Below are positions 55,668 to 64,000 of a stretch of 64,000 nt of DNA, piece by piece; position 1 is the stretch's first letter; each line of letters begins with the position of its first letter. Source of the DNA: an uncultured Clostridia bacterium (GTDB lineage: Bacteria > Bacillota > Clostridia > Oscillospirales > CAG-272). A program made the position numbers and the translations under genes. The stretch is from the NCBI GenBank assembly GCA_948466345.1, contig CAOKAC010000004.1, forward strand, positions 135,178-199,177. Reading direction: 5' to 3'. Under the pieces are notes generated by a model. It worked only from the letters and a program-made list of their open reading frames with translations, had not been told where the DNA came from and searched no databases.

Positions 55668-56912
55668 ATGGAAAACAAAAACATGACAAAAGAGCAAAAA
55701 CGGCAGGAAAGCGTTTCGATCGCTTTCCTGCCGAAACCTAAGAAACAGTTGTCGGAAAAGGACAAACAGCTGAATCTGACAGGTATGCACAAAAAGAGAG
55801 ACGCTGTGTCGGACCGCAAAAAGCGCAGGCGCTTTTACATTGGCATCGGTATTCCTGTGGGGCTGATTCTGCTTCTTACTGTATGCTATGTGATATTTGT
55901 TTACTCATCCAATCCTTTTATTGCTCATTGGAGAGGGATCTGGATTGAAACAGCGATGACCACCGGCCGACATCACTGGCTGGCAGAAAGCTTTTTTCCC
56001 CAAGATATCATAGATGAGGTTATGTCAAATTTGGCCACGGACGAGGATGTTCTTGGCGGGGGAGACGGCTTATCTACAGGAGATCCAGTGCAGACGGATG
56101 AGCCGGAAGATGAGCCGCCGGTGCAGGCTGATATATTGGGTCAGAAAAACCTGACGGTAGGCGGCAAGGATTATGCCGGGAATACGGTGCTCATTAATGA
56201 CATTGAACAGGGACTGGTGGTTTCTGAAATCATAGGCTCCGGATTTAAAGGGAAAATTATGCTGGTAGACGATCCTTCCAGAGTGTATTTAGGGTCTACG
56301 GCATATAAAAATCAAACAGGCATGCGTATCCTGGATATGATGGAGCAATACGGCGCTATTGCCGGAATTAACGCAAGCGGCTTTCGGGATCCAGGCGGTG
56401 AAGGAAACGGTGGAGTTGTTGTAGGTATTAGCTGTTCAAGGGGTCAATACTGGGGCGAATTTGTAAATTACTATGGCAGTATTGTTTTGACTACGGACAA
56501 TAAGCTGGTTGTTGGCAATATCTCTCTTTGGAGTACATATACAAATATACGAGATGGAATCCAATTCAGCCCGGTGCTGATCGCAGATGGCGTCAAACAG
56601 GTATCCGGCTCTGCGGGATACGGACTGCAGCCCCGGACCGCAATCGGACAGCGCGAAGACGGTGTGATTGTCATGCTGATCATTGATGGGCGTGATGTTT
56701 CCCATTCAATTGGATGTACGGTTGGAGATATGGCGGACATTCTCATGTCCTATAATGTGATTAATGCATCCAGCTGTGATGGCGGCGCTTCCAGTGTACT
56801 TGCCTATAAGGGAGAAGTGATTACAAAAAATTGTTCGGCAAATCCTTCTCTGGGGCGCATTTTGCCAAATGCGTTTTTGGTAGCACCTAAAGAAAATATA
56901 AGCGCAGAATGA
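55668..56912 (+). CDS. Phosphodiester glycosidase (DUF2233/NAGPA) family protein, membrane-anchored
   Basis: 414 aa with an N-terminal TM (FYIGIGIPVGLILLLTVCYVIFVY). The motifs PRTAIGQREDGVIVMLIIDGR and SCDGGASS are typical of this family. Confidence 0.75.
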   Translation: MENKNMTKEQKRQESVSIAFLPKPKKQLSEKDKQLNLTGMHKKRDAVSDRKKRRRFYIGIGIPVGLILLLTVCYVIFVYSSNPFIAHWRGIWIETAMTTGRHHWLAESFFPQDIIDEVMSNLATDEDVLGGGDGLSTGDPVQTDEPEDEPPVQADILGQKNLTVGGKDYAGNTVLINDIEQGLVVSEIIGSGFKGKIMLVDDPSRVYLGSTAYKNQTGMRILDMMEQYGAIAGINASGFRDPGGEGNGGVVVGISCSRGQYWGEFVNYYGSIVLTTDNKLVVGNISLWSTYTNIRDGIQFSPVLIADGVKQVSGSAGYGLQPRTAIGQREDGVIVMLIIDGRDVSHSIGCTVGDMADILMSYNVINASSCDGGASSVLAYKGEVITKNCSANPSLGRILPNAFLVAPKENISAE

Positions 56913-56940
56913 GGGACGTATACGTCTCTCATTTTATTTT
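56909..56940 (+). terminator. Terminator before the hydrogenase operon
   Basis: ATGAGGGACGT-ata-ACGTCTCTCAT (one G-T pair) followed by TTTTATTTT. Confidence 0.7.
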
Positions 56941-57097
56941 TATAGAATATTTTTTTACTGTATTAATATAATGAGGATAAAATGAGAGATAATAGCACGA
57001 AAAAAATCTATAAAATTGCTATAAACTATGGAAATCGATAATATTTTATTGTATAATACTATAGATAACATACTTGTTCAGGAGGACAGGAAAATAT

Positions 57098-57595
57098 ATG
57101 AAAAAGAAACTGACGTCAGTAGAATTTACTGACAATCCCCAACTGCATGCTCGCCTTGATGAAATTATTGAGCAGCATAAGGATGAAGATGGCGCTCTGA
57201 TGCCTATTATGCAAAAGGCGCAGGAGATTTACGGCTATCTCCCGCCGGAGGTACAAAAGCATATTGCAGTAAAAATGGGAATCCCTGTTTCTGAGGTGTA
57301 CGGTGTTGCTACATTTTATTCCCAGTTCTTACTCAATCCCAAGGGACAGTATCCTGTGAGTGTTTGCCTGGGAACTGCTTGCTATGTAAAGGGTAGCGGT
57401 CTTCTGATGGAAAAACTGGAATCTGAGCTTGGAATCAGCAACGGCGGCGTGACAGACGATGGGAAATTCAGCTTAGAGGCTACCCGTTGCATCGGTGCGT
57501 GCGGATTGGCGCCTGTACTTACGGTAGGAGAGGACGTTTACGGAAGACTTGTACCGGACGATATTACAGGAATTATTGCAAAATATCAGGGTTAA
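57098..57595 (+). CDS. hydC: NuoE-like [2Fe-2S] subunit of a bifurcating-type [FeFe] hydrogenase
   Basis: ATG 57098 has AGGAGGA upstream. The CLGTAC...CIGACGLAP thioredoxin-like 2Fe-2S motif is present. Confidence 0.88.
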   Translation: MKKKLTSVEFTDNPQLHARLDEIIEQHKDEDGALMPIMQKAQEIYGYLPPEVQKHIAVKMGIPVSEVYGVATFYSQFLLNPKGQYPVSVCLGTACYVKGSGLLMEKLESELGISNGGVTDDGKFSLEATRCIGACGLAPVLTVGEDVYGRLVPDDITGIIAKYQG

Positions 57596-57647
57596 TCAAA
57601 AACCTTCCTGCAGAAAATATCTATTATTGATATGAAATCGGAAAGGC

Positions 57648-58016
57648 ATGGACAGAAATTTGAAAATTAGAAAAATCAGAGAACTTCTGGACGCTGAACT
57701 TCTGTGTGGAGAAGACCAATTGGACAGAGAAGTATACTCTGCTTGCAGCAGCGACATGATGAGCGATGTGCTTGCTTTTGTAAAGGATCAGGCCGTGCTG
57801 CTTACAGGACTGGTCAATCCACAAGTAATGCGTACTGCGGAAATGATGGATATGCACTGCGTTGTTTTTGTGCGTGGAAAGAATCCTACACCGGAAATGG
57901 TGGAACTGGCCCAAAGCAGTGGAATCGTTGTGATGCATTCTGCGCTGCGAATGTATGAAGCATGCGGCACACTTTACAGCGCCGGCTTGAATGGAACGAA
58001 AGTGGCGGCAGAATGA
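57648..58016 (+). CDS. DRTGG-domain protein (1)
   Basis: 122 aa. SDMMSDVLAFVKDQAVLLTGLVNPQVMRTAEMMDMHCVVFVRGK fits the DRTGG-domain pattern as I recall it. Its stop overlaps the next start (ATGA). Confidence 0.65.
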   Translation: MDRNLKIRKIRELLDAELLCGEDQLDREVYSACSSDMMSDVLAFVKDQAVLLTGLVNPQVMRTAEMMDMHCVVFVRGKNPTPEMVELAQSSGIVVMHSALRMYEACGTLYSAGLNGTKVAAE

Positions 58017-58438
58017 CAGACGCAGGAATTAATTTTCATTTTGATGTAGATGGGGAAGATTTTTCTTCTGCCGGCGCTGCGTCGGTAGAGGTCAAAAAGA
58101 ATCTTCGTCAGCTTGGATTCCCGCCGGATGTAATTCGCAAGGTGGCTATTGCCATGTATGAGGGAGAGATCAATATGGTGATCCATGCAAATGGCGGCAC
58201 TGCAGATGTATTTGTGCTTCCCGATGAAATTACCATGGTACTGCGGGATCAGGGACCGGGCATTGCAGATGTTTCGCTTGCAATGCAGGAGGGCTTTTCA
58301 ACAGCTAGGGATAATATTCGTTCCCTTGGGTTTGGAGCCGGTATGGGTCTGCCAAATATGAAGAAATATACAGACGCCATGGAGATTGAGACCGAACTTG
58401 GCAAGGGCACAAAAATTGTGATGCGGGTAAAGGTGTAG
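58013..58438 (+). CDS. GHKL (HATPase_c) ATP-binding protein, RsbW/SpoIIAB-like, no DHp domain (1)
   Basis: I prefer ATG 58013 (MTDAGINFHF). The N-box-like motif is YEGEINMVIHA, G1 is RDQGPGI and G2 is GFGAGMGLPN. Confidence 0.75.
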   Translation: MTDAGINFHFDVDGEDFSSAGAASVEVKKNLRQLGFPPDVIRKVAIAMYEGEINMVIHANGGTADVFVLPDEITMVLRDQGPGIADVSLAMQEGFSTARDNIRSLGFGAGMGLPNMKKYTDAMEIETELGKGTKIVMRVKV

Positions 58439-58512
58439 CTGCCTTTTCCGGTGGATGCGGTGCGTATTTTGTTGGACGAAACCACCACAAATTTAAAGAA
58501 AGACATGGCCGT

Positions 58513-59856
58513 ATGATGGAATATAAGCATTCAGTGTCCCTTGATGTGGATAAATGCAAGGGATGTACACACTGCTTGAAGCGCTGTCCAACGGAGGCGA
58601 TCCGCATCCGAGAAGGCAAAGCAAGGATTCATTCCCAGCGGTGTATTGACTGTGGCGAGTGCATTCGTGTTTGTCCGTATAAGGCAAAGAAAGCGACCCA
58701 TGATTCCTTAGAGGCGATGGAGCAGTTTCGGTATAAGGTTGCACTTCCCGCTCCTTCCTTATATGGACAGTTTGATCATCTTTCTGATATAGACTTTGTA
58801 CTGCAGGGCCTTCTGGATATGGGCTTTGACGAAGTATATGAGGTCTCTAAGGCGGCGGAATTGGTTTCTGGTTATACCAGACAGTATTTGCGTAGAGAGG
58901 GGCTGAAAAAGCCTGTCATCAGTTCAGCCTGCCCGGTAATTGTTCGGCTAATCAGTATGCGGTTCCCATATTTATGTGAGAATGTGCTTCCGATTCTGCC
59001 ACCCATTGAAATTGCCGGCAAGCTGGCAAAAGAAAAAGCATTATCGGAGCATCCCGAGCTTGCAGCGGAGGAAATTGGTATTTGCTTTATTTCTCCTTGC
59101 CCGGCAAAAGTCAGTTATGTGAAAAATTCCTTTGCAGGGCAAAAAAGCAACATAGATTTGGTGCTTTCTATATCCGACGTATACTTTCCCCTGGTTTCTC
59201 ATATGAACAAAATCATTGTTCCAGAAGTTTCTACAGATTCCGGAATGGTGGGTGTCAGCTGGGCAGTAGCCGGCGGAGAGTCTACCGCAGTATTTAACGA
59301 CCGATATCTAGCGGCGGATGGAATAGAAAACGTCATTCGTGTGCTGGACCAAATAGAAAACGCCGATTTTCCGGAATTGGAGTTTGTGGAACTCAATGCT
59401 TGTGATGGCGGCTGCGTCGGCGGAGTAATGACTGTAGCAAACCCGTACATAGCAAAGGCGCGCATTCAATCTTTGAAGCGATATTTGCCCGTATCTCCCA
59501 ATCTGCATCCTGGAGATGGGGATATACCAGGCGAGGCAGCTATGCCGCCTGTAGAATATGCGCCGGCATCTCCTCTATCCAAAGACAGAAAAGAAGCCAT
59601 GCGCATGATGGCAGACATACAGGATATTCGAAAGGAGCTTCCCGATTTAGACTGTGGATCCTGCGGGGCCCCTACTTGTGCGGCTTTTGCTGAGGATATC
59701 GTTCGAGGAGAGGCATGTGCAGACGAGTGTGTTGTATTTATGCGGATGATTTTTCACGATTATATCGAGAAGAGAAAGGACGCCGCACAGGTTAAGGAAG
59801 CACTGCGTACACAGCCTCACAGCAAGGATATACGGCCGAAATGTGAGGATGGATAA
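58513..59856 (+). CDS. [FeFe]-hydrogenase-like Fe-S protein (H-domain homologue with variant H-cluster motifs; putative sensor)
   Basis: 447 aa. Two CxxCxxCxxxCP ferredoxin motifs are present. The H-domain motifs are SSAC140P (versus TSCCP), SPC196PAK (versus MPCxxK) and ELNAC297DGGC301VGG (versus ExMxCxxGCxxGG). The extra C-terminal Cys cluster reads CGSCGAPTC...CADEC. Confidence 0.8.
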   Translation: MMEYKHSVSLDVDKCKGCTHCLKRCPTEAIRIREGKARIHSQRCIDCGECIRVCPYKAKKATHDSLEAMEQFRYKVALPAPSLYGQFDHLSDIDFVLQGLLDMGFDEVYEVSKAAELVSGYTRQYLRREGLKKPVISSACPVIVRLISMRFPYLCENVLPILPPIEIAGKLAKEKALSEHPELAAEEIGICFISPCPAKVSYVKNSFAGQKSNIDLVLSISDVYFPLVSHMNKIIVPEVSTDSGMVGVSWAVAGGESTAVFNDRYLAADGIENVIRVLDQIENADFPELEFVELNACDGGCVGGVMTVANPYIAKARIQSLKRYLPVSPNLHPGDGDIPGEAAMPPVEYAPASPLSKDRKEAMRMMADIQDIRKELPDLDCGSCGAPTCAAFAEDIVRGEACADECVVFMRMIFHDYIEKRKDAAQVKEALRTQPHSKDIRPKCEDG

Positions 59857-60197
59857 TGATGCCTATGAAACTGAATGTATTGGCGGACAGACTTGCCCTG
59901 ACACATATTTGCGGCGAACTGGATAAGGAAGCGTCCGGCGTTTATACAGGGGATTTGCTCAGCTGGGTCATGAGCCATGTAGAGGCGGGCGATGTTTGGA
60001 TAACAATTATGTCCAATGTAAATGTGGCGGCAGTTGCCAGCCTCACGGAGGCGGCATGCGTGATTCTGGCTGAAAGTGTGCAGCCTGACGAGGAGACGAT
60101 GCAGGCGGCAAAGGAAAAGAATGTAACGATTTTTTCCGATTCCCGGTCCGCATATCAATTGTGCTGCTGCCTTGGAGCTATTTTATCTGATGGGTAA
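59856..60197 (+). CDS. DRTGG-domain protein (2)
   Basis: 113 aa, paralogous in pattern to 57648-58016 (GDLLSWVMSHVEAGDVWITIMSNVNVAAVASLTEAACVILAE). Its start overlaps the upstream stop (TAATG). Confidence 0.6.
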   Translation: MMPMKLNVLADRLALTHICGELDKEASGVYTGDLLSWVMSHVEAGDVWITIMSNVNVAAVASLTEAACVILAESVQPDEETMQAAKEKNVTIFSDSRSAYQLCCCLGAILSDG

Positions 60198-60924
60198 ATA
60201 TTATTATGACCTGCATATCCACTCCTGCCTGTCTCCATGCGGGGATACGGATATGACGCCTGCAAACATTGCTGGTATGGCGGCGGTGGCCGGACTGCAG
60301 ATTGCAGCACTCACCGATCACAATACAACAGACAATTGTCCTGCTTTTTGGCAGGCGTGTAAGGCGCAGGGGATCATTCCCGTACCTGGTGTGGAGCTGA
60401 CTACAGCAGAAGAGATTCATCTACTATGCCTATTTCGGGAGCTAGATGGAGCAATGGCTTTTGGAGAACGTATCGCAGCAGCAAGGCTTCCTGTGAAGAA
60501 TCGACCTGATATTTTTGGGCACCAGCTTGTAATGGACTGCACAGACCAGGTGCTGCGAGAGGAAGAAACGTTGCTGCTTAGCGCTACATCGCTTACTTTA
60601 GAAGAAGGAACGCGGATGTGTCGAACGCTTGGGGGGGTGTGCATGCCTGCCCACATTGATCGCGAGTCCAATGGTATAATTTCCGTGCTTGGTACTTTCC
60701 CGGCGGAGCCTGGGTATACCAGCTTTGAACTGAGCCCGACAGGGGAACGACGGGAATTGGAGACTGCGTATCCAATTCTGCAGGGTATGGGCTGTGTCAC
60801 CAGTTCGGATGCGCATTATTTGTGGGACATATCCGGAGCGGAACACAGCATGGAAATCCAGGATGAGCCGTACAGCAGTGCTTTGGTGCGGGAAAACCTT
60901 CTGGCGATTTTGGAGAATAAATAA
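60190..60924 (+). CDS. PHP-domain phosphoesterase
   Basis: I prefer ATG 60190 (MGKYYYDLHIHSCLSPCGD). DLHIHS and ALTDHN are PHP metal-binding motifs, with PAHIDR and SSDAH further on. Confidence 0.8.
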   Translation: MGKYYYDLHIHSCLSPCGDTDMTPANIAGMAAVAGLQIAALTDHNTTDNCPAFWQACKAQGIIPVPGVELTTAEEIHLLCLFRELDGAMAFGERIAAARLPVKNRPDIFGHQLVMDCTDQVLREEETLLLSATSLTLEEGTRMCRTLGGVCMPAHIDRESNGIISVLGTFPAEPGYTSFELSPTGERRELETAYPILQGMGCVTSSDAHYLWDISGAEHSMEIQDEPYSSALVRENLLAILENK

Positions 60925-60926
60925 AA

Positions 60927-61475
60927 ATGAAGGATTTATCTCTCTACATATTGGATATTGCTATGAATTCTGTCCGGGCTGGTGCAAAGCATATTGCAAT
61001 TCGGCTGGAGGAACAGAACGCTGTATTGACCCTAACCATTCAGGATGACGGGTGCGGTATGACGCCGGAGCAGGTGAAGCGCTTGTTTGACCCTTTTTAT
61101 ACTACTAGAAAGACCCGAAGCGTTGGATTGGGCGTTCCTTTTTTGCGAATGCTGGCACAGCAGACTGGAGGCGGCGTTTCCATTTCTTCCAAAAGCGAGA
61201 CGGAATACGCAGATCATGGCACATTGGTAACGGCTGTATTTCACACGGACCATATAGATTTTATCCCTTTGGGGAATCTTACAGAAACGATTGTAACTTT
61301 GATTCAGGGAAGTCCAAATGTGGATTTTATTTACTGCCACAGTATGTCATGCGGCAGTGTTGCAATGGATACAGCCCAGATGCGCAGCATACTGGGGGAG
61401 GGCATTCCTTTGGACAATTATGAAGTGCTGAGCTTCATAAAATCGTATTTACAAGAACAGTATCAACAATTATAA
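60927..61475 (+). CDS. GHKL (HATPase_c) ATP-binding protein without DHp domain (2)
   Basis: 182 aa. The N-box-like motif is LDIAMNSVRAG, G1 is DDGCGM and G2-like is GLGVPF. Confidence 0.75.
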   Translation: MKDLSLYILDIAMNSVRAGAKHIAIRLEEQNAVLTLTIQDDGCGMTPEQVKRLFDPFYTTRKTRSVGLGVPFLRMLAQQTGGGVSISSKSETEYADHGTLVTAVFHTDHIDFIPLGNLTETIVTLIQGSPNVDFIYCHSMSCGSVAMDTAQMRSILGEGIPLDNYEVLSFIKSYLQEQYQQL

Positions 61476-61509
61476 TTTATATATTGAAATATCGGAAAGG
61501 AAGTATCAT

Positions 61510-61881
61510 ATGAAATCGTTATCAGAACTTGCAGCGATCAGAGAGCAAATGAAGGACAAGGTCGCTATTCGGACAGGATCCGGAGACATTCGTGTCGTAG
61601 TAGGCATGGCAACCTGCGGGATATCGGCAGGCGCCAGACCTGTGCTCAATACCTTTGTTGAGGAAGTAGCTGCGGCAAATCTCACTGAAAAGGTGATGGT
61701 AACCCAGACGGGGTGTATTGGCATTTGCCAGTATGAACCTGTAGTTGAAATTTTTGAGGATGGAAAAGAAAAGACTACATATGTTAAAATGACACCTGAG
61801 AAAGTCAAACGGGTTGTTGAAGAGCATCTGAAGGGCGGGAAGCCCGTTTCAGAATATTTAATTGGCAATACAAAGCTTTAA
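61510..61881 (+). CDS. Thioredoxin-like [2Fe-2S] ferredoxin-domain protein
   Basis: 123 aa with the GMATCGISAGA...TGCIGICQYEP Cys pattern. It sits immediately upstream of the NuoF-like gene, as in other hyd operons. Confidence 0.8.
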   Translation: MKSLSELAAIREQMKDKVAIRTGSGDIRVVVGMATCGISAGARPVLNTFVEEVAAANLTEKVMVTQTGCIGICQYEPVVEIFEDGKEKTTYVKMTPEKVKRVVEEHLKGGKPVSEYLIGNTKL

Positions 61882-61900
61882 TCTGGAGGGACAAAAAAGA

Positions 61901-63700
61901 ATGGTACGTTCACATGTTTTAATTTGCGGAGGCACAGGCTGTACATCCTCCGGCAGTACTGCGTTAAGGGAGGCACTTGCAAAGGAACTGGAAGCCAATA
62001 ACCTTAGCGAGGAAATAAAAATCGTCCAGACCGGATGCTTTGGTTTATGCGCGCTAGGACCGATTATGATTGTATATCCGGAGGGAACATTTTACTCCAG
62101 AGTTGCGACAGACGACATTCCGGAAATCGTGTCTGAGCATCTGCTCAAAGGGCGTATCGTAGATCGCCTGGTTTACAATAAAACCGCTGATGTAGAAGCA
62201 GATTCTCACGAATTGCATGCTTCTTTGTCCGATACAGATTTCTATAAAAAACAGAAGCGGGTTGCGCTGCGTAACTGTGGTGTAATCAACCCAGAAAAAA
62301 TTGATGAATACATAGCAATGGACGGCTATTTTGCCCTTGCAAAAGTCCTTACGGAAATGAGTAGGGAAGATGTTGTGCAAACACTGCTGGATTCCGGCCT
62401 GCGCGGCCGTGGCGGCGCAGGATTTCCTACCGGCTTGAAATGGAAGTTTGCGATGGGCAGCGAGGGTAAGAAGTATGTTTGCTGTAACGCAGACGAAGGC
62501 GACCCGGGCGCATTTATGGACCGTTCTGTTTTGGAAGGCGACCCGCATGCCGTACTGGAGGCTATGGCTATTGCAGGCTATGCTATCGGTGCAGATCAGG
62601 GATATATTTATGTGCGTGCAGAGTATCCTATTGCTGTAAATCGCTTGGAAATCGCTCTGCAGCAGGCAAGAGAATACGGTCTGCTGGGAGAAAATATTCT
62701 GGACACCGGATTCAATTTTGATATTCAGCTTCGTCTTGGCGCAGGCGCTTTTGTGTGCGGAGAAGAGACAGCGCTGATGACCTCTATAGAAGGCAAGCGG
62801 GGTGAACCTCGTCCGCGTCCTCCGTTCCCGGCTGTGAAGGGCCTTTTTGAGCGTCCCACAATTTTGAACAACGTAGAGACTTATGCGAACATTCCCCAAA
62901 TTATTTTGAATGGTCCTGCATGGTTTGCCTCTATGGGTACAGAAAAGTCTAAAGGCACAAAAGTATTTGCTCTAGGCGGAAAAATCACCAATACGGGTCT
63001 TGTTGAAGTACCTATGGGCACAACGCTGCGGGAAATCGTAGAAGAAATCGGTGGCGGCATCCCTAACGGCAAAAAGTTCAAAGCAGCGCAGACGGGAGGT
63101 CCATCCGGTGGATGTATTCCCGCATCTCTTATTGATACGCCTATCGATTATGACAACCTGCTGGAAATCGGATCAATGATGGGATCCGGCGGTCTCATTG
63201 TTATGGATGAAGACACCTGTATGGTAGACCTTGCTAAATTCTTCCTGGAGTTTACGGTAGACGAGTCTTGTGGTAAATGTGCTCCCTGCCGAATCGGCAC
63301 TGTTCGTATGTTGGAAATTCTAAACAGAATTTCTGAGGGAAATGGTGAGATGGAAGATTTGGATAAGCTGGAGGAACTGGCAAATTATATCAAGTCTGCC
63401 TCCCTTTGCGGTTTGGGACAGACGGCGCCTAATCCAGTGCTGTCTACGCTCCGGTATTTCCGGGATGAATATGAAGCCCATATTAAAGAAAAAAGATGTC
63501 CTGCCGGCGTGTGCAAAAAACTTCTTTCTTACAACATCGATTCTGACAAGTGTAAAGGCTGTACGCTTTGCGCCCGGGTATGTCCTGCAAATGCAATTTC
63601 CGGTACAGTCAAGAATCCGCATGTCATCGATCCGGAAAAATGTCTGAAGTGCGGCGCTTGCATTGAAAAATGTAAATTTGGCGCAATTTACAAGAAGTAA
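61901..63700 (+). CDS. hydB: NuoF-like FMN/NAD(H)-binding subunit of [FeFe] hydrogenase
   Basis: I prefer ATG 61901, with GGAGGG upstream. It has an N-terminal 2Fe-2S domain (CGGTGC...GCFGLC). GLRGRGGAGFPTGLKW is the FMN site, ESCGKCAPCR is the N3-type cluster, and two CxxCxxCxxxCP motifs lie at the C-terminus. Confidence 0.93.
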   Translation: MVRSHVLICGGTGCTSSGSTALREALAKELEANNLSEEIKIVQTGCFGLCALGPIMIVYPEGTFYSRVATDDIPEIVSEHLLKGRIVDRLVYNKTADVEADSHELHASLSDTDFYKKQKRVALRNCGVINPEKIDEYIAMDGYFALAKVLTEMSREDVVQTLLDSGLRGRGGAGFPTGLKWKFAMGSEGKKYVCCNADEGDPGAFMDRSVLEGDPHAVLEAMAIAGYAIGADQGYIYVRAEYPIAVNRLEIALQQAREYGLLGENILDTGFNFDIQLRLGAGAFVCGEETALMTSIEGKRGEPRPRPPFPAVKGLFERPTILNNVETYANIPQIILNGPAWFASMGTEKSKGTKVFALGGKITNTGLVEVPMGTTLREIVEEIGGGIPNGKKFKAAQTGGPSGGCIPASLIDTPIDYDNLLEIGSMMGSGGLIVMDEDTCMVDLAKFFLEFTVDESCGKCAPCRIGTVRMLEILNRISEGNGEMEDLDKLEELANYIKSASLCGLGQTAPNPVLSTLRYFRDEYEAHIKEKRCPAGVCKKLLSYNIDSDKCKGCTLCARVCPANAISGTVKNPHVIDPEKCLKCGACIEKCKFGAIYKK

Positions 63701-63720
63701 GGAAGGAGTACATTCAATAA

Positions 63721-64000
63721 ATGGAAACCAAAATGGTCAATATAAAAATCAATGGCGCAGAGTATTCTGTGCCCTACGGAACAACAGTTCTGGAGGCGTG
63801 CAGACAAGCTGGTATCGACATCCCCACACTATGCTATTTAAAGGATGTCAACGAAATCGGCGCTTGTCGTCTGTGCTTAGTAGAGGTAGTGGGCGCAAGA
63901 GGACTGGTGACTTCCTGTGTATATCCCATTGAGCGAGACGGCACAGAAATTCTTACAAATACAGCTAAGGTACAGGCTGCGCGGAAAATGAACATTCAGC
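63721..64000 (+). CDS. hydA: [FeFe] hydrogenase catalytic subunit, N-terminal 2Fe-2S domain only; continues beyond the window end
   Basis: Absent from the ORF track because there is no stop in the window. My translation reads METKMVNIKINGAEYSVPYGTTVLEACRQAGIDIPTLCYLKDVNEIGACRLCLVEVVGARGLVTSC, a plant-type/NuoG-like 2Fe-2S pattern. AAGGAAGGAG lies upstream. Confidence 0.85.
   Translation, partial: METKMVNIKINGAEYSVPYGTTVLEACRQAGIDIPTLCYLKDVNEIGACRLCLVEVVGARGLVTSCVYPIERDGTEILTNTAKVQAARKMNIQ

Noticed and set aside
56940-57097. I looked for a Rex operator (TTGTGAA-N6-TTCACAA-like palindrome) upstream of the hydrogenase operon.
   Set aside because: No such palindrome is present. TTGTTCA at about 57074 has no inverted partner. 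The TTGTGAACAAAATGTGACAA stretch at 5721-5740 is also not palindromic; I interpret it as Pho-box-like repeats instead.

Overview
This 64-kb window looks like chromosome from a Gram-positive anaerobe, probably Clostridia (Oscillospiraceae/Ruminococcaceae-like). I infer this from a T-box leader on ileS, a THF riboswitch on folT-folC, HPr with His15 and Ser46, an ecfA1-ecfA2-ecfT-truA block and a HydABC-type [FeFe]-hydrogenase operon. Most of it is densely packed core genome. The core genes are ileS (partial), ptsH, uvrC-rsmD-coaD, a Na/Pi cotransporter, DUF951-yfhO-ruvA-ruvB, ruvC, the ECF energising module, truA, cvpA, pgsA, a ClpC-like ATPase, mrp and the hydrogenase genes. No CRISPR array, transposase, integrase or rRNA gene is visible, and there is one tRNA, tRNA-Leu(UAG). 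Two patches are visibly AT-rich and look accessory. One is a two-component system plus ABC exporter cassette at about 23.2-28.3 kb. The other is a 1.4-kb islet with two orphan small ORFs and a motif-dense spacer just downstream of tRNA-Leu, at about 30.15-31.58 kb. The best candidates for something new are listed here in order of interest. (1) A six-gene DRTGG / GHKL-ATPase / hydrogenase-like Fe-S protein / DRTGG / PHP / GHKL-ATPase cassette sits between hydC and hydB-hydA, with translationally coupled junctions. (2) A full-length P-type ATPase homologue has lost its catalytic motifs (no DKTGT; TGES and GDGxND are degenerate). (3) A split activase plus two DUF2229-like genes form an operon of unknown chemistry. 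(4) The tRNA-adjacent AT-rich islet carries a repeated AGGATGA motif. All functional calls rest on my reading of motifs in the supplied translations; no database search was run.
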